Assembly (NCBI GenBank): GCA_051294905.1
Contig: CM119373.1
Coordinates: 4,466,001 to 4,530,000, forward strand
Direction: 5' to 3'
Source of the DNA: Botryllus schlosseri
Taxonomy: Eukaryota
DNA: 64,000 nucleotides
The notes under the pieces were generated by a model. That model saw only the letters and a program-made list of their open reading frames with translations. It did no database searches and was not told the DNA's origin. This document shows, in pieces, positions 12,281 through 24,533 of this stretch. Positions within the stretch are counted from its first letter, which is position 1. The number at the start of each line of letters is the position of its first letter. A program made the translations under genes and the position numbers.

Positions 12281-13153
12281 CAGGGATGATGTGAACCTTT
12301 AAAAGGTTCAGGTTCGTGTGAATGCGAACATTTTTGAAAGATTCTGTGTGAACGCGAACGTGAGCCTCATATTGCTGAATCCAACCCTACATTTCAGTGT
12401 GAAGTAATAGCCACTATTAATGTACACGATAACTAGCGACGACTCGGGCCACATAATACCGCAATGCTGAGGTATGCTACATATTGACGTTTTAAACGTC
12501 GCCAAATGTATCAACTGGGGCAATCAAATGATATAAAAATCCCACGATATCCATATCTTCCGTCGCTTTGCCAGCAATTTGGACGAGGACTTGCAAGGGA
12601 ATGTAAGCTTACACATAAACGGTCTAGGCCAGACCGAAGATTGTATTCGGCGTCTACGTATTGCTACATTGATATTGGCAGACTGTAAAACGGGTTTCTG
12701 TACTTTCCACCTATAGTATCCCTTAAACAAGTTATACAGCAGTAGCCAACAACCTAATCGCACGGATTTGGTTTTTATGATATGTATTTCACTCTTGATG
12801 TTGTGTGATTGCGGGTCAAGCTCACAGCAGAGAGTCACTAAATATTCACAAACGGAAAGCTGGATATTTCGAGCAAACTTTTGTAACAAATCAAGTAAAA
12901 TTATTGAGATTGTCAAGGTGCATGCTCATTTAGTGTTGAAATTTATGCTGCCAGCACCATGCATAGAGTGGCCCGCAGTTGAAATTGAAATATATATTTA
13001 AACCAAAGATGTTATTATGAAGCGAAAATTGTAATATATGAAAAAGGTTCACAGTGCAGAACCTACCAAGGTTCGTTTGTGAACGTGAACCTCTAAATTT
13101 CCGAGGCTCACACACAGAACGCGAACGCGAACCTCGTGTTCACACCATCCCTA
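12281..13153 (-). mobile_element. hAT-type MITE, GTGAAC/GTTCAC family (copy 1)
   Basis: Ends CAGGGATGATGTGAAC / GTTCACACCATCCCTA. TSD CTGAGCAG / ATGAGCAG. Homologous to 42655-43581 and 54358-55339 in the opposite orientation. Confidence 0.85.
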
Positions 13154-13424
13154 ATGAGCAGTATCCATTCATCTGGTTGTCTATAATAGACAATGCAAAA
13201 GAATTCTACATAATATACCAACAATACAATATTTACTATTTGCAAACTTTTACGTTTTGCGAAAGAGAAGTGTGCTGTCACAATATGCATTGACCGATTA
13301 AGTCTGCAGGACAGATGTAAAGATAGATAACGTATAAGGAATTAAATTAGGTACTGAGCTACTAATCACAATCTTTAAACGAAGAGATGATAACTGCTAC
13401 CGATCAAAGTTGCATCCACATATA

Positions 13425-14087
13425 AATTTATGGGTCGAAAAAAGGACCTGATCGAAAGAGCATAGAGAACCACTGGATTAAAGTTCACCGAAAACTCATG
13501 ATTTGTGATCTACAGCAACCCAGGTTCCATCATAATAGATAATTTCAATAACAATATTCGATCTGTTAATGTGGCACGCTGAGCGTAATGTCTCTAACGA
13601 AAGCCGAAATTTGATTAATTTATGAAAATGAGAAACATACATACCGGAAAAAACTCTGACGTGATAGAAACATTCTGAGGACAGAGTCGAATTCAGCAAC
13701 CTAAAATTTACCTAAATCAATCATTAAATCGCTTGAGGAGAATTTTATTTTTCTATTTTGTTGACCAGTGTAATTTTATGGTTCGAAAAGAGCTCCTGAT
13801 TGAACTGAGATGTCGAATCACTGGATTCTGTACTACAAACATCCCAGGTTTCATAATAGATGATTTCAATGACAATATTTGATCTATTGATGTTGTATGG
13901 TTACTGTGATATCACTAACCAAAGCCGAAATTTGATTATTTATGAAAATGAGAAAAATTCATATGGAAAAATCTGACGCGATAGAGAAATTCTGAGCACA
14001 GAGTCGGATTCAGCAACCTTAAATTAGCCTAAATAAATCAATAAAATTTTGGCGCTAATTTTTTTTCGAAACTTCTAGACCAGTGTT
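13425..14087. repeat. Tandem duplication (~350 bp) containing Chapaev3-like right ends
   Basis: Two diverged units, each running ..CACTGGATT...GACCAGTG. Their ends resemble the right end of the element at 45243-46237. Confidence 0.6.
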
Positions 14088-14161
14088 ATTCCTTACGAAA
14101 AGATCATCGATATAGTATGTTTTCTGCCATAGATTAAAAAATTACTCTAGCCTACTGATGC

Positions 14162-15016
14162 TACGGCAAGTTTTTGTTGCACTAAAATCAAGAGAAAGTT
14201 GCACTTAGTTTGACAAAATATGCAGTAAAAAGTTGCATTAATAATTTTTGTAGAACTGGTAGGGTATGAGATACTCAAAAGGTTCCGTTGTGTAACCTAG
14301 TTCCTGCAGAGCTGTCAAATTTGTTACTTTTCCATTTCACGGACATTCTGGTGAGATCGCCGAAAATGTATATATTTCCCCGGTACACAGCAAAGAAAAT
14401 TAGACAATGCGGGATTAATCTTCCCCAAAAGGCCAAACAGCATAGCGATACCCCCTACCCTAAAACAAGTCAAATAACACACACCCAACCGTTTACGTCT
14501 GCAAACTTGACCAAAGGCGTTGCAAAAAAACTCACTCTTTCACTAAATCAATAGCCTGAATAAGGTTACACAGTGAAGATAAAGATTTCGGTGTTATCGT
14601 ATGGGCGTTCGTGAAATGGGACACTTTCTCAAATTTAAACGACGAAATTAATAAAGCGGTCTATTTACATATTGTTCGTGCTTGGCAGGGATAGTTGAAC
14701 TTCTTGCTTGGAAGCCATCGTGTCATAGATAGCAGTGAGATGCAGCTAACCCATCATATATCTCTTTGTTATGCAAATCAATGAGAATAGAACCATACTC
14801 GAAATAGCATATAGCATGTTTTTAAATCACTACTTCACATTTTGACGGAGTATCTGATCAAAGTTGCAGTAAAAATTGGTATGAAAAATATAAAAAATTT
14901 GCAAAAAGTTGCACTATAAAATCCCTCTAAACAGCCTAAAATATCATACTGCATAGTTTCTGAGTATCTAGGAATCTGTCGGAAGCTGTAAACAAACGTT
15001 GCACAAACTTGACCTA
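14162..15016. mobile_element. MITE with AAAAGTTGCA subterminal repeats (copy 1)
   Basis: Ends TACGGCAAGTTT / AAACTTGACCTA. Degenerate TSD CTGATG(A)C. Homologous to 18773-19336. Confidence 0.65.
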
Positions 15017-16083
15017 CTGATGACCAATTAAAAATCCGTTACTGCGATTTGACCAATTTGATGATGAAATACTCAATATCAGTCGATGCTTTGTGATCAT
15101 ATGATGAAGTCTATATGTCGCCCTCATTTTGCATTGCCGCCGGAACCAATCTGTTGTGAGGGAACATCCGCCAGATACTGTTTCAGATTATGGCTTCACA
15201 CAATCCGGTTGTACTGTTATATCACGGAATAGCTCTTGATTAGGCAGGGCTTGGTGAAGGCAATGATGCGGACACGGATGCTGAGAACACCCGAAATTAT
15301 GTGAGTTTTTCTACGGTTTGCTGTAAGGTATGTTTTGACGATATCATGAATCATATTTAAAGAGCTCCCAATGCCGCACCATTCTTTGGAATTGAGAGAT
15401 GGCAGATACCATTTCAATGCATTTACGAAATATGTGCTGATCATCTGTATGTCGCCGTAGATGTGGTGATAGCGACATTAATCATTATATGTTCAATGTA
15501 CTACCTCGCATAGAAGCAATAAACGTATAGCCGCTGCCGATGCTGTTACATTCCACCAGTGACTCCAAAGGTATGAGATTGGTGGCCGAAAACGTGAGAA
15601 AGGGGCGATATGCGGGGGCGAAAATGTTTGAAATTCAGTTGTCTATATATGCGGTTTCTTGCTACCTTCAACATATGAACAATCCATCTGGACAGAAAGG
15701 ATGTTCAGTAAATTAGTGTCGTAACCGCACCAGAGCGATCGGATATTTACAACTTTACCGTATATGTAATTTTCTCGGATTTTTTGCAAGATTTTTTGGT
15801 CGCACATTGTGTGTATTTCCCATATTCCCACGTCCAGTGTGTTGGGTTCTATAGCCAAAGTGAATTTCGAAAAACATATGTTACCCAAACAAAATGTATT
15901 GATGATAAAAACATGCCTAGCCCTGTTAAACATGCGAGTTTAATGTCATTGTAAGAATTGTCTGTCGTTTGGTTTGTATTGAAAGCCCCAGCATTGTGCG
16001 CTTAGAGATCGATTAATTGAATTTTCGCTTTTAGCATGCTACAATTTTCTGGGCGTGAATGAAATAGATAAGGTAGGCTACTG

Positions 16084-16854
16084 CAGTGGTTCTCATCCGG
16101 GGGTCCGCGAAGTATTTTCAGGGGGTCCGCGAAGCATCAGAATAGTGGAACATCTAATTTTTATTTTCTTAAATTTGGAAAATCACGAGGCAGTTTCGCT
16201 TTATTATTAGTAAATCTCTAGAGGTCACATCAACAGAATGGCGATCTGAGATGAAATATCCTACTGTGCAAACTCATTTGCCAATAGCCCACTGATACAA
16301 TCATTTTGCTGTACAGATATGTTTTCCTGGGGATTGTCGAAAAATAGTCGGATGAGTGAGGTCAATCACGGTGACTCCAAAATGTTTAGAAAGTTCCATT
16401 TTCTCCTTTGATATATATAACCATTTTTCCATAATAACTTCAGGCTTGGCGTTATATGTCCATTAAAAAATTGTATGTCAATTTTGGTGTCATATTTGCT
16501 ACGATCATACCCAAATGTGTCATCGGAAGCGTTACGCGGTATTATTACATTCGCCACCACCTTTACTTGTGGAAATTGATTTCAGCATCGTTCAAATCGA
16601 AGACGCAGATTTTCAAGAAACGATCACATATTTCAAGAAATGCAGTTGCAGAATTCGCAATGGAATATTAGAAGTCAACCCAATTTGTACATGAATAATA
16701 TAATCTTATTTTCAAGACTAGTCATTTTGTTGCTGTTTATCACTAAGCCTACAGCGATAATTGAGGTAAAATTAAACTAAAACTTCGTGGGGTTCCGCGG
16801 GGTCCGTGACCGTCGGAAAGGAGTCCGCGAAGACAAAAAGGTTGAGAACCACTA
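16084..16854 (+). mobile_element. Charlie/Buster-like hAT deletion derivative with residual C-terminal dimerisation-domain sequence
   Basis: Ends CAGTGGTTCTCA / TGAGAACCACTA. Internal frameshifted FW...RSYPNVSSEALRGIITFATTFTCG (~16483-16580). Sister copy at 50477-51452. No clean TSD. Confidence 0.7.
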
Positions 16855-17889
16855 AGCCATAACCCGTTGTAGCACTCTTCAATGGTGAATGATTTGTAGA
16901 TTATGCGTTACTGATGTCACCGAAACAGATTCTGAATCCGGGCTATGAGTGCCTCCAGGAAAACGCGACACAACTTACCGGGTTACACGAGAAACTTGAT
17001 ATTTACGGCACTGTGACAATTTTATGCTTCAACGATTTCAACATTTATTTGCTAAGCTAGAAAAAAGTTTAAGCTTAAGGCTGCCTCACACGTAGCTTTA
17101 CGATCGTGAAGTTTTTTTTGTTCGAACAAAGCATGTCACGCTGACGACACCGGTGATTTTAATTGGCAGTGTCACGCTTTTACATTGGTCAGCATGACTA
17201 TTGGTACTGCCGATCGGATTTTTCGTGACAGAGTCGATTGAACATTTTCCGTTTTTCAACAAAAGTAGAAACTTAAAGAATGTTTCGACAACTGCTTGAC
17301 ATAAGAGTAAATCCGAAATTCCAAAATGTCTACGTTAGTCGCGCGTAACTTTTCCCGTTATCTACCGGTTTAAAATCAGCGGTACTGCTGTGCAAAGTAT
17401 CAACGAGGAAGTAAATTGCTATCTAAATTATGCTCGTGGTAACACGACACCCACTACCCGTGAACAGTCGAATTCGTAGAAATGATGAGTAAGAGGTAGT
17501 TGCAACTGATGGCGAATTGATGAATAAGAATTTATCTTCCTCGTTCGACAGCCTTTGCAACCAGCAGGCAGAAGCGCATACTTTGATCGAACAGGATGGC
17601 TGTCTGTCCAATGCTATTCGCAACTTTTAAGTTTGCTGCATTATTTATTGCTGCTACAAGTTTATCTGGTGAGTAGATTGGTGGATCTTTTATTTTTTTA
17701 TCGTGCTCAATGTATGTCTTCGAGGGGTTTGTAGGAATTACAGAAAGAAATCCATCGTCTGGTTCATATTACTATGATTCTGTCTCACCTTGGTTGATAT
17801 GAAACAATTGTTTAGTATGCGATGAAATGACGACGAACCAATATGGCATCCCATCACTATTGCTGGTTAGTTGTACCCTCTTATTAGAT

Positions 17890-18316
17890 CAGCATTGGGC
17901 AACTTCTCCAGTCGGCCGTCCGGATATAGGGAAATGAATTAGGCGGACCTACTTGGCGGACCCATTTCCTAAAGCGATACATTAATCGCGTACTCATTCA
18001 CCTATATAAAAGGAATAAATTGTATATAATTTAAACTTCAAGTTTAAAGCATATAAACGAAAAGCAGTATTTAATTTATGAACGTAATGTAGGCTACTTC
18101 AACAGCAATTGAAGTCAATAAGACATCTATGGTTGTTGTCGAGTTACAAACATGATTTTTGAACTCCGGCTAAATGTCGGAGGTAAGAAAACCAGTAAAG
18201 AATGTACGCGAACGTCATTTATATTCGAACACAGCATTGTCTGTTTAATATTCCTGGTCTAAAATGTTTGCTCGTACATGTATGTTGACCCGCGGGCCGT
18301 AGGTTGCCCGCCCCTC
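17890..18316. mobile_element. Degenerate hAT-type MITE in intron 1 of copy B
   Basis: Ends CAGCATTGGGCAAC / GTTGCCCGCCCCTC. Imperfect flanking TATT(A)GA duplication. Confidence 0.55.
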
Positions 18317-18772
18317 TATTGAGATCATTCATCGGCATTGTTTTATCGCAGTCACCCAGTACCATGTAGCAGACCATGCAATAGGCGATTTCCCCCTGAA
18401 GTAGACATATTCAACAGCTCAGTGATGAAAGAGTAAGTCTTGTGTTCAAAATAGGTTATCATCGTAGATTTCACCGATATATGGCGTCCAATGACAGCCT
18501 GCTCATAATATTCCACCCGGATTAAATCTGGATTTACGTAGCTCTTGGTGAGGCAGGTGTTAACTCGTATAATTTGCGACATCGCACTTGGAGAAGCAGT
18601 TAAAAAGCAGCTTTCCAGACAGTAATCGCATTAATAATAGAACTCTGTTGATATGCGTTAAGATTTGGTACACGGCAATTCGATTGATTTATTTGGGATG
18701 TCGAGAAGTTTGATTCGTGTTATTTTTATCTCGTTGTTCAATGCCGCAGTCTCATGAAATGATACTTATAAC

Positions 18773-19336
18773 TAGGACCAGTTTTTGTTACAGTCAAATC
18801 TATGGAAAATTGCATTTATTTTTCTCAAAAGTTGCAGTAAGAAGTTGCATTTGTGGACAAGTTCCTTGAAATTATTAGGGTATGAAATACCTTGAATCGA
18901 TCCGTATCCAAGGCACTGTAGCAAAACTCAGTGGTGTTGACGACTTCAAAAAAGTCCTTAGCCTGAAAAAATTGACCCAGTAAAAATATAATGTATGGTG
19001 GTCCAGCCTGAATGTGCGTCAAGTCAGAAAGGACATAGAATTTTACCGACAGTGAAATAATCAAGCGAACTATTTACATATAGTGCCAAATACTTTCTGT
19101 AAAAAGTTATAGTTGAATGGAAAATCATAAAAACTTCCAAATATTTGCATGAAAAATAAAAAAAGTTGCAAAAATTATCATGAAAATTCGAAAAAGCAAC
19201 AAAAAGTGGCATGAAAATATTTGGGAAAAGTAGCAATATCAGAATCTTACAAACAGATTAAAACACCATGCTACATAACTTATGAGTATTTATGAAGCTG
19301 GCGGAAGCTGTAAAAAAGTTGCAAAAACTTGCCCTA
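18773..19336. mobile_element. MITE with AAAAGTTGCA subterminal repeats (copy 2)
   Basis: Ends TAGGACCAGTTT / AAACTTGCCCTA. Flanks CTTATAAC / CTTATACG. Confidence 0.65.
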
Positions 19337-19395
19337 CTTATACGGAAAGACAAAACACCGTAAAACGTGATTAGCGTTTGGCACAGCGATTTGAA

Positions 19396-19964
19396 CAGGG
19401 TTGTAACCAAGTCACAAACCTCCGAGTCACAAGTCAATCTCACTTTTAAAGTTTTGACTCGAGTCAAGTCGAGTCATTTTCAATTCACCACCGAGTCAAG
19501 TCCGAGTCCAAGTCAGCGAGCAGAGGGTCGAGTCCGAGTCATGGTATTATGACTCGAGTCGAGCCCAAGTCATTGTGTTGACTGACCAGTTTCCAGTTAA
19601 AATCTTGCTAAATCCACTTTTTATAACTCTGCTTGGTGATATCGCATGGTTCGAATTTGTAATCTACTAATTTTCCTAATTTTTAAGCAGTTTCTGGTAG
19701 CATTTTCAAGTACCAGTCCCAATAGAAGAAATCCCAATAGTGTGGTTACTTTACTATTCTTCGAAATTACATTGAAATGTCGGTCTTGGCCGTCTGAGTC
19801 TCGAGTCATATGACTTTGTTCGAGTCATGCGCAATGACTCGAGTCCAAGTCGAGTCAATACACAGATTGACTCGAATCGAGTCGAGTCATTTCCATATTT
19901 TGAGAAAATGACTCGAGTGAAGTCGAGTCATCATAAAATCGTGACTCGAGTCATTACAACCCGT
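19396..19964. mobile_element. hAT-type MITE with GAGTC/GACTC repeats
   Basis: Ends CAGGGTTGTAA / TTACAACCCGT. TSD GATTTGAA / GATTTGAG. Dense (C)GAGTC/AAGTC arrays. Confidence 0.8.
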
Positions 19965-20701
19965 GATTTGAGTACTCGATTCTGAACCGTGTATTAATTC
20001 TAAAGATTCGAGTCGAAGAGTGAGTACTGAAATTGTGCGCTTCTTTCCACTGCGAGTTGATTTAGCAAGGAACATTGTGCTTGCGATTGTATCTTTCCTA
20101 ATGAAAACTGTGAAACGTCGATTGCCCATATAGCAGCATACGAATCATCCAGTACAAAGCCACGTAAATTAGTGATAATGATATGCTTGTTTATTATGAT
20201 CAGCCCGTTACATTGTCACAAAGTGCAGTGATGGAATAAGCATGGTCGACAAATACTTTTTATCTTGAACAGGATTTCCCAACCTGCGGTCGTAGAAGGA
20301 AATTTGTGCGGCCGGGTACACGTGATTCAATTAGTATGTGTTGGCAGTTGAACATGAAAATTGAATTTACGAGTTCTTGAGAGATTTAACTAGTCTTGAT
20401 TTTTTCTTCGCGCTATGCGCGATTCTATGAGACGATGTTTTCGGTTTTAATAAACTAACGTCCATTGCAATTTGAGCGCCACAGTACAGATCCGAACAGC
20501 GGAGGAAAATGATGCACCACGTAAAGAAATACCATTTTGAAATCTTGTCCTTCTCATGAAAAAAATGACTCTGGTACCTTTGGGAGATTCCAATATATTT
20601 CCACTATACCGACAATATTGATGAGAGGTCAAGAATTAACAGCATACCAAAAGGTGGCTAACAGCAATTGGTCCATCCCAAGATGCATCGTCATTTATAA
20701 G

Positions 20702-21089
20702 CACTGTTCACTCTAAGCTGCCCGCGTGCGCAATTGCGCAGTGCTGACACGGTCTCTGCGCACATAAAATCCAAGCTGCGTACAAGAAAGCCGAAATGAT
20801 GACCTTTGGTATAGTCTTTACGCACTGTTGCCGAAGGGACCGCGCACCGGGTTGGTGAGTGCGCGCAGACTCGTTAAAAATTAAATGGAACATTGTCAAT
20901 GTTCCCTCTAAGCTGCGCACGTGCGCAAATGCGCAGTGCTGGTGCGGTCTCTGCGCACAGAAAATCTAACTTGCGCACAAAACATTCGAAGTGATGACCT
21001 TTTTTTAGTGTTTACACACTGTTTTCCAAGGGTCTGCGCAGTGAGTTGGTAAGTGTGCGCAGACTCATCAAAAATTAGAGGGAACATTG
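20702..21089 (+). mobile_element. Head-to-tail pair of ~190-bp MITEs (CAATGTTCCCTCTAA family)
   Basis: Units 20702-20895 and 20897-21089. TIR CAATGTTCCCTCTAA / TTAGAGGGAACATTG. The pair ends 24 bp upstream of the 41-nt exon. Confidence 0.8.
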
Positions 21090-21280
21090 CTGATCAAGTG
21101 TCACATTGTGCAGGCTACTTTGACTTTTCACGCGCCAATGGAAATCAATGCTTCGTAAGTAAAAATAAATTGCTTATTTCAAGTTACCAGTACAGTATAT
21201 TGGCAATATCATCGTTAGAGAAATATAATGCATTAGATATATGATACAGTTTTGTTCTAGAAATATTAATGACAAACACT

Positions 21281-22545
21281 CAGAGGTGGTCAAAGTAGTC
21301 AAGAAAGCTACTCAAGTAGAAGTAGAAGTAGCGACGAAAAAATCTACTCAAGTACGAGTAGAAGTACTTCCTCCATAACCAACCTAAAACTACTTGAAGT
21401 AGAAGTAGAATTTCCTGGCTTTAAATCTACTCAAGTAAGTAAGTAGTTGTGAAAACGATCATAATTCGTTCGCATGGATTGTCAGAAGGTGCAAATTGAG
21501 CTATGGGAAAGATGTCGAGCTTGATTCATATTGATTCATACAAGGAGGTATTCAATTTTCGACAGCATAAGCATTCGTCCGCATCATAGGATGAAAATGA
21601 TACTATTGATATGAAAATGCGATACTAATCCTCTGTTTAATCAAACAGCCCGTTCTAGAAAATATCATGGTATGGCGTCCTCCCCCATATTATAAGGCCC
21701 GTGGTTTAGTCGAAGAGCAATACGGAGAAGTTGTATTGGATACTGTGTGAACACTTTGCGCGATTAGTAAACGTGAATAAAAAATATGGTGGATCGTAAA
21801 AATGCCATATTGTGTAGCTTTATTTCCGGAAATTAAAGGCATTACTGCACTGGCTTTTATACTTCAACATGTACCTTATCGACACAAAAGAACTGATATT
21901 AATTAGCGCACAAAGTATATAACACTGGGAATTGAAAGTGAATTATAAATACTACTTCTAAAAGCGGAATATGTATTTCATGTCTAAATACAGAAATTTT
22001 TTAATGTGGTATGCTAAACAGCTCTAAAACTAAAAAAAAGTAATAGTTCACTTTTCCAGATGAGGACACGCCATGGACTGCTAGATTACGATATGATGCT
22101 TGATTGCGAAACATCAGTTTCAAACGTTATGATGAGCCATATATACTATGGTGAAATATTCCATATGGGCAAAGGGCGACAATGCGGTGTGAACGGAACC
22201 ACGCCAACCCGCTACCCAAATTATATTCCCGTTTACTTTCGTGAAATCATACTGGTTACTCCGTATCCACTGCGACGGAAATTTTTGGCTTTACTCAACT
22301 TTTATGAAAATAAAACGTTGATACTCCGTGAAAACAGCCCCGAAATCAGGCTATCTTCCTGAATAAAGGATTAAACTACTTCTACTTGACAAACTGAAAA
22401 TAGCGATAAGTAAGTAAGTAGATCACAAAAAAATTACGAAGTAGAAGTAGCGAACATCAGATCTACTTGAGTAAGTACCAGAAGTAGATGGAAACTACTT
22501 GAGTACTTCGAAAAAGTAGAAGTACTTCGTTACTGACCACCTCTG
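21281..22545 (+). mobile_element. hAT-type element with AAGTAG subterminal repeats
   Basis: TIRs CAGAGGTGGTCA / TGACCACCTCTG. Perfect TSD CAAACACT. Related fragments at ~8752-8864, ~11900-11998, ~34115-34175 and 49036-49125. Confidence 0.9.
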
Positions 22546-23894
22546 CAAACACTCATATAGTATAGCATGTTCGCCTAAAAATAAAGGGCACGTAATTAAT
22601 AATTAAACATATTCGGGCGTTCCCGCAGGTACAATTATTCGTTACCAGGGCCGTAACAGCACTTCGTTAGCCCCCCCCCCCCTAAACAAAAAAAAACGTT
22701 GGTCCTGGGCCCCCATCGGGTGATAAACCAAGCTTCCGGGGGACTTCACTCCCAGACCCCCATTAGGCTGTCCTCTATTTGCTGATAGCCTATTAGGTAT
22801 CTACATTGGGTGTCCATTTACTGAGGCAGCTATTCTCGCCTAGTCGCGCGAAGCGCAAAAAATTTCACTAATTAATGATTGAATTGGTCAATATCATCGG
22901 GAATTGCATGTAAATTGAAATTAATTTTTATCCTCTCTCTGCTCACGTAAACTGTAGGGCCCGTTACTAATAAAACATATTCGGGCGGGCGAACCCGTTG
23001 GTATGACTTCATTGCATGATGTTATTTCGTGACCCCCTGTCTGCAATATCAAAAATATAGAATCGCTCAACGGGGATATCGCCCAATAGGAATATCCCTG
23101 TCGCCCAATCGCCCTAAACTAAAAGACGCACACGATTTCAGATTGGTATTTCTTCACTGACATAAAATTTATACCTGCCAGATGGAATTCGTCTTCTGGG
23201 GTTCAGATTGCCAAGACAGGAACATTCGGTGTCAGTCATTTAGGCGCCCATGGACAATTAAACCTATATGTATTTTGAAGGCAATATGTAACGAAGTTTT
23301 CGGTGTTAATTTGCTCTGAATACTCATTAAGGATATGTCCTATCACCACATCATCTACTGCGAAGCCATTTTTCTCCAGCGCCCCCCATACGGCCCCCTG
23401 AGCCCAGCGCCCCCATATCGCCCCCTGAGCGTTTCCGCCCCCCTTCAAAATCGCCAGCGCCCCCTGGGGGGCGCTGGGAGCAAGGTTAAGAACCACTGTT
23501 CTACACTATACATACCGATGTTTTGTTGTTCTTTCGATCATACTTCATTGCACTCTGTGACAATGTTGTGGGTTGATGACGAATTCAATGATGTGTCATT
23601 TCCGCGGACGTGCGTATTGCTTTGTGCTACATGTTCCGAATACTGCGATGGAACCAATCAAAATATGCATCCATCTATTGTGAAATATAGTTTCGCAACT
23701 ATACCTGTCGTTGATAAATTAACGCTCAGTGGCGAGGATCGTATTATTTCCGCGCTATAAAAAATCAACTTCTAACACTTGACTTGAATCATAGATCTAA
23801 TACGGGATTCTGATTACAGTACTCGGGTCAATATGCCCAGTCGTATACCCATGAGTTTAAGACCCTTGCTATTGCAGAAGTGAAACGCGTAACT

Positions 23895-24533
23895 CAGTGG
23901 TTCTTAAAGTATGGGTCGCGACCCAAACATAGGTCGCGAAGGGTATAATTTTGGGTCGCGAAGGTGCCAGAGCGGTCTTTTAATATGTATGTAATATTAT
24001 TTGAGGTCATTGCAACAACAAAAATATCTTCGCTTTTCGCGCGATTTACTGTAGTTGGTTTGAGCATATCTGAGGTCACTGAGTTTGGTACCGCGGCCAA
24101 TAAGCGAGACACGCGGAGAAGTCGCCACCAAAACATGACTTGATCATGAAAATGTGCCGACCTTTGTATTAAACAAATTGGTTTGAATACATGATAAGAT
24201 TTTTTCAACATTGGTTTCTCTGGAAAACACCGTCGGAGACCTGGGACGCTCTAGTGTAGAGTTGTACAACGAGCGGTTGCCGGTTTATGAGGCCAAAACC
24301 CGCCCACGCTTGGATACATGAGTATATGACGTTGTGCCAACATACGGCTGGGCAAAGTGCGGTGCCAAAAAGTTCGGTGGCGATAATTGACCGTCGCTGG
24401 GTGGCCAAACCCTTCCTTATTGATATAATTGGTCTGCACCAAAATGCATTCATTTTGGTGAGTGTTGCTTGGGTCGCGAGATACCACTAAAAGTCAGATT
24501 TGGGTCGTGGTCTAAAAAGTATAAGAACCACTG
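23895..24533. mobile_element. hAT-type MITE (GGGTCGCG motifs)
   Basis: TIRs CAGTGGTTCTTA / TAAGAACCACTG. Perfect TSD GCGTAACT. Confidence 0.9.

Noticed and set aside
10713..16671. Numerous 60-130 aa ORFs
   Set aside because: They lie in MITEs or AT-rich spacer, mostly start at non-ATG codons, and show no recognisable domain or exon structure apart from the hAT remnant already listed.
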